64,000 nt of DNA from a virus. Taxonomy: Duplodnaviria; Caudoviricetes. The stretch covers positions 128,001 through 192,000 of the IMG/VR virus record IMGVR_UViG_3300037295_000263, one strand, 5' to 3'. Of this stretch, positions 63,398 to 64,000 are shown piece after piece. The notes beneath the pieces were generated by a model. The model saw only the letters and a program-made list of their open reading frames with translations. It was not told the origin of the DNA and searched no databases. The position numbers and the translations under genes are program-made. Position 1 is the first letter of the stretch. Each line of letters starts with the position of its first letter.

Positions 63398-64000
63398 TTA
63401 GATAATATCGACTTCATCTTACCATATTCGTTTTGTAAAAAATTCGAATCAACTGATACAGGAGTTTGGATTCCTACTTGCGATGTCAATTCATCTCTTA
63501 AATCATTATTGTTAAGACGTTTAGACAATTCAGTTAATACAGCAGGATCCGATGAAGAGTTAGCCACTACAGAATGCCATCTGTAATATTCTTTATCATC
63601 AACTCCTAATTCGCCAAGAGTTGGTATATTCGGATATTCAGAAAGTCGATGGTTGGACAATACAGCAATAGGGATTAAGTCTCCTGATGAAATAAACCCG
63701 GACAATGTTGCATTGGATTCCAATAGCCATTGAACATCGTTGGCAAGTAAGCCCAAAATAGCAGCACTACCTCCTTGGTATGGCACATGTATCAAATTTT
63801 TATTGTTATTGGCAATTATATTTGCAGATATATGACTATTAGTTCCTATTCCTGCTGAGCCGTAAAATAGAGTTTTTTCTTTGAAAGTTTTTTGAAATTC
63901 TTGAAAAGATTTAATTCCACTTGATTTGTTAACTACTAAAATAGTAGGTTCTATTCCTACATAATCTATTAGCACAAAGTCTTTTTCTATTTGGTATTTA
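63394..64000 (-). CDS. Tripartite tricarboxylate transporter substrate-binding protein (Bug/TctC family), 5'-partial
   Basis: YGSAGIG...H, HVPYQGG, P.IPTL.E.G; the frame stays open to the window edge (KYQIEKDF...). Confidence 0.85.
   Translation of the reverse strand, partial: KYQIEKDFVLIDYVGIEPTILVVNKSSGIKSFQEFQKTFKEKTLFYGSAGIGTNSHISANIIANNNKNLIHVPYQGGSAAILGLLANDVQWLLESNATLSGFISSGDLIPIAVLSNHRLSEYPNIPTLGELGVDDKEYYRWHSVVANSSSDPAVLTELSKRLNNNDLRDELTSQVGIQTPVSVDSNFLQNEYGKMKSILSK

Noticed and set aside
1-64000. CRISPR array, rRNA, alternative genetic code or suppressor tRNA
   Set aside because: No regularly spaced direct repeats or rRNA signatures. Long genes end normally at TAA, TAG and TGA. 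No CTA, TCA or TTA anticodon tRNA.

Overview
AT-rich, densely coding segment of a large tailed-phage genome. It looks T4-like/jumbo: gp9/gp10-like virion protein N-terminus, TAAATA late-promoter-like motifs, thyA/folA, uvsE and a tRNA array. Standard genetic code; all three stops are used and I found no suppressor tRNA. Host is probably a proteobacterium (inference from IscU/IscA, RpoZ-like, Bug/TctC-like genes and many consensus sigma70 promoters). Layout: (1) 1-17.3 kb: a >1225-codon virion protein missed by the ORF track, iscA/iscU, HNH endonuclease, uvsE, two PP-loop proteins, a desaturase, queD, yccA, thyA, folA, Hc1. (2) 17.4-45.7 kb plus 59-64 kb: a very large tailoring-enzyme island with 11 radical SAM genes (one decayed), 11 2OG-Fe(II)/AspH-type oxygenases (one with a halogenase-type HxG motif), amidinotransferase, PLP enzyme, methyltransferase, epimerase, SDRs, GNAT, degenerate kinases, QueC-like and GT-/sulfotransferase-like proteins. 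(3) 45.7-54.6 kb: a tail-fibre-like gene and small early genes, including phosphatases, rpoZ-like, fabF and an AAA ATPase. (4) 54.7-58.9 kb: an RNA island with 11 recognisable tRNAs, several tRNA-like RNAs lacking anticodon loops, tRNA-sized elements bounded by long inverted repeats, and 150-220 nt structured RNAs, next to a RelE/YafQ-like gene. The most striking observation is an unannotated 21-aa ORF (58981-59046, minus strand) with a good Shine-Dalgarno, directly after a radical SAM gene. It contains WEWSKSK, which closely resembles the darobactin core WNWSKSF. All protein family calls and RNA folds were made by eye from motifs, without database searches or folding software.
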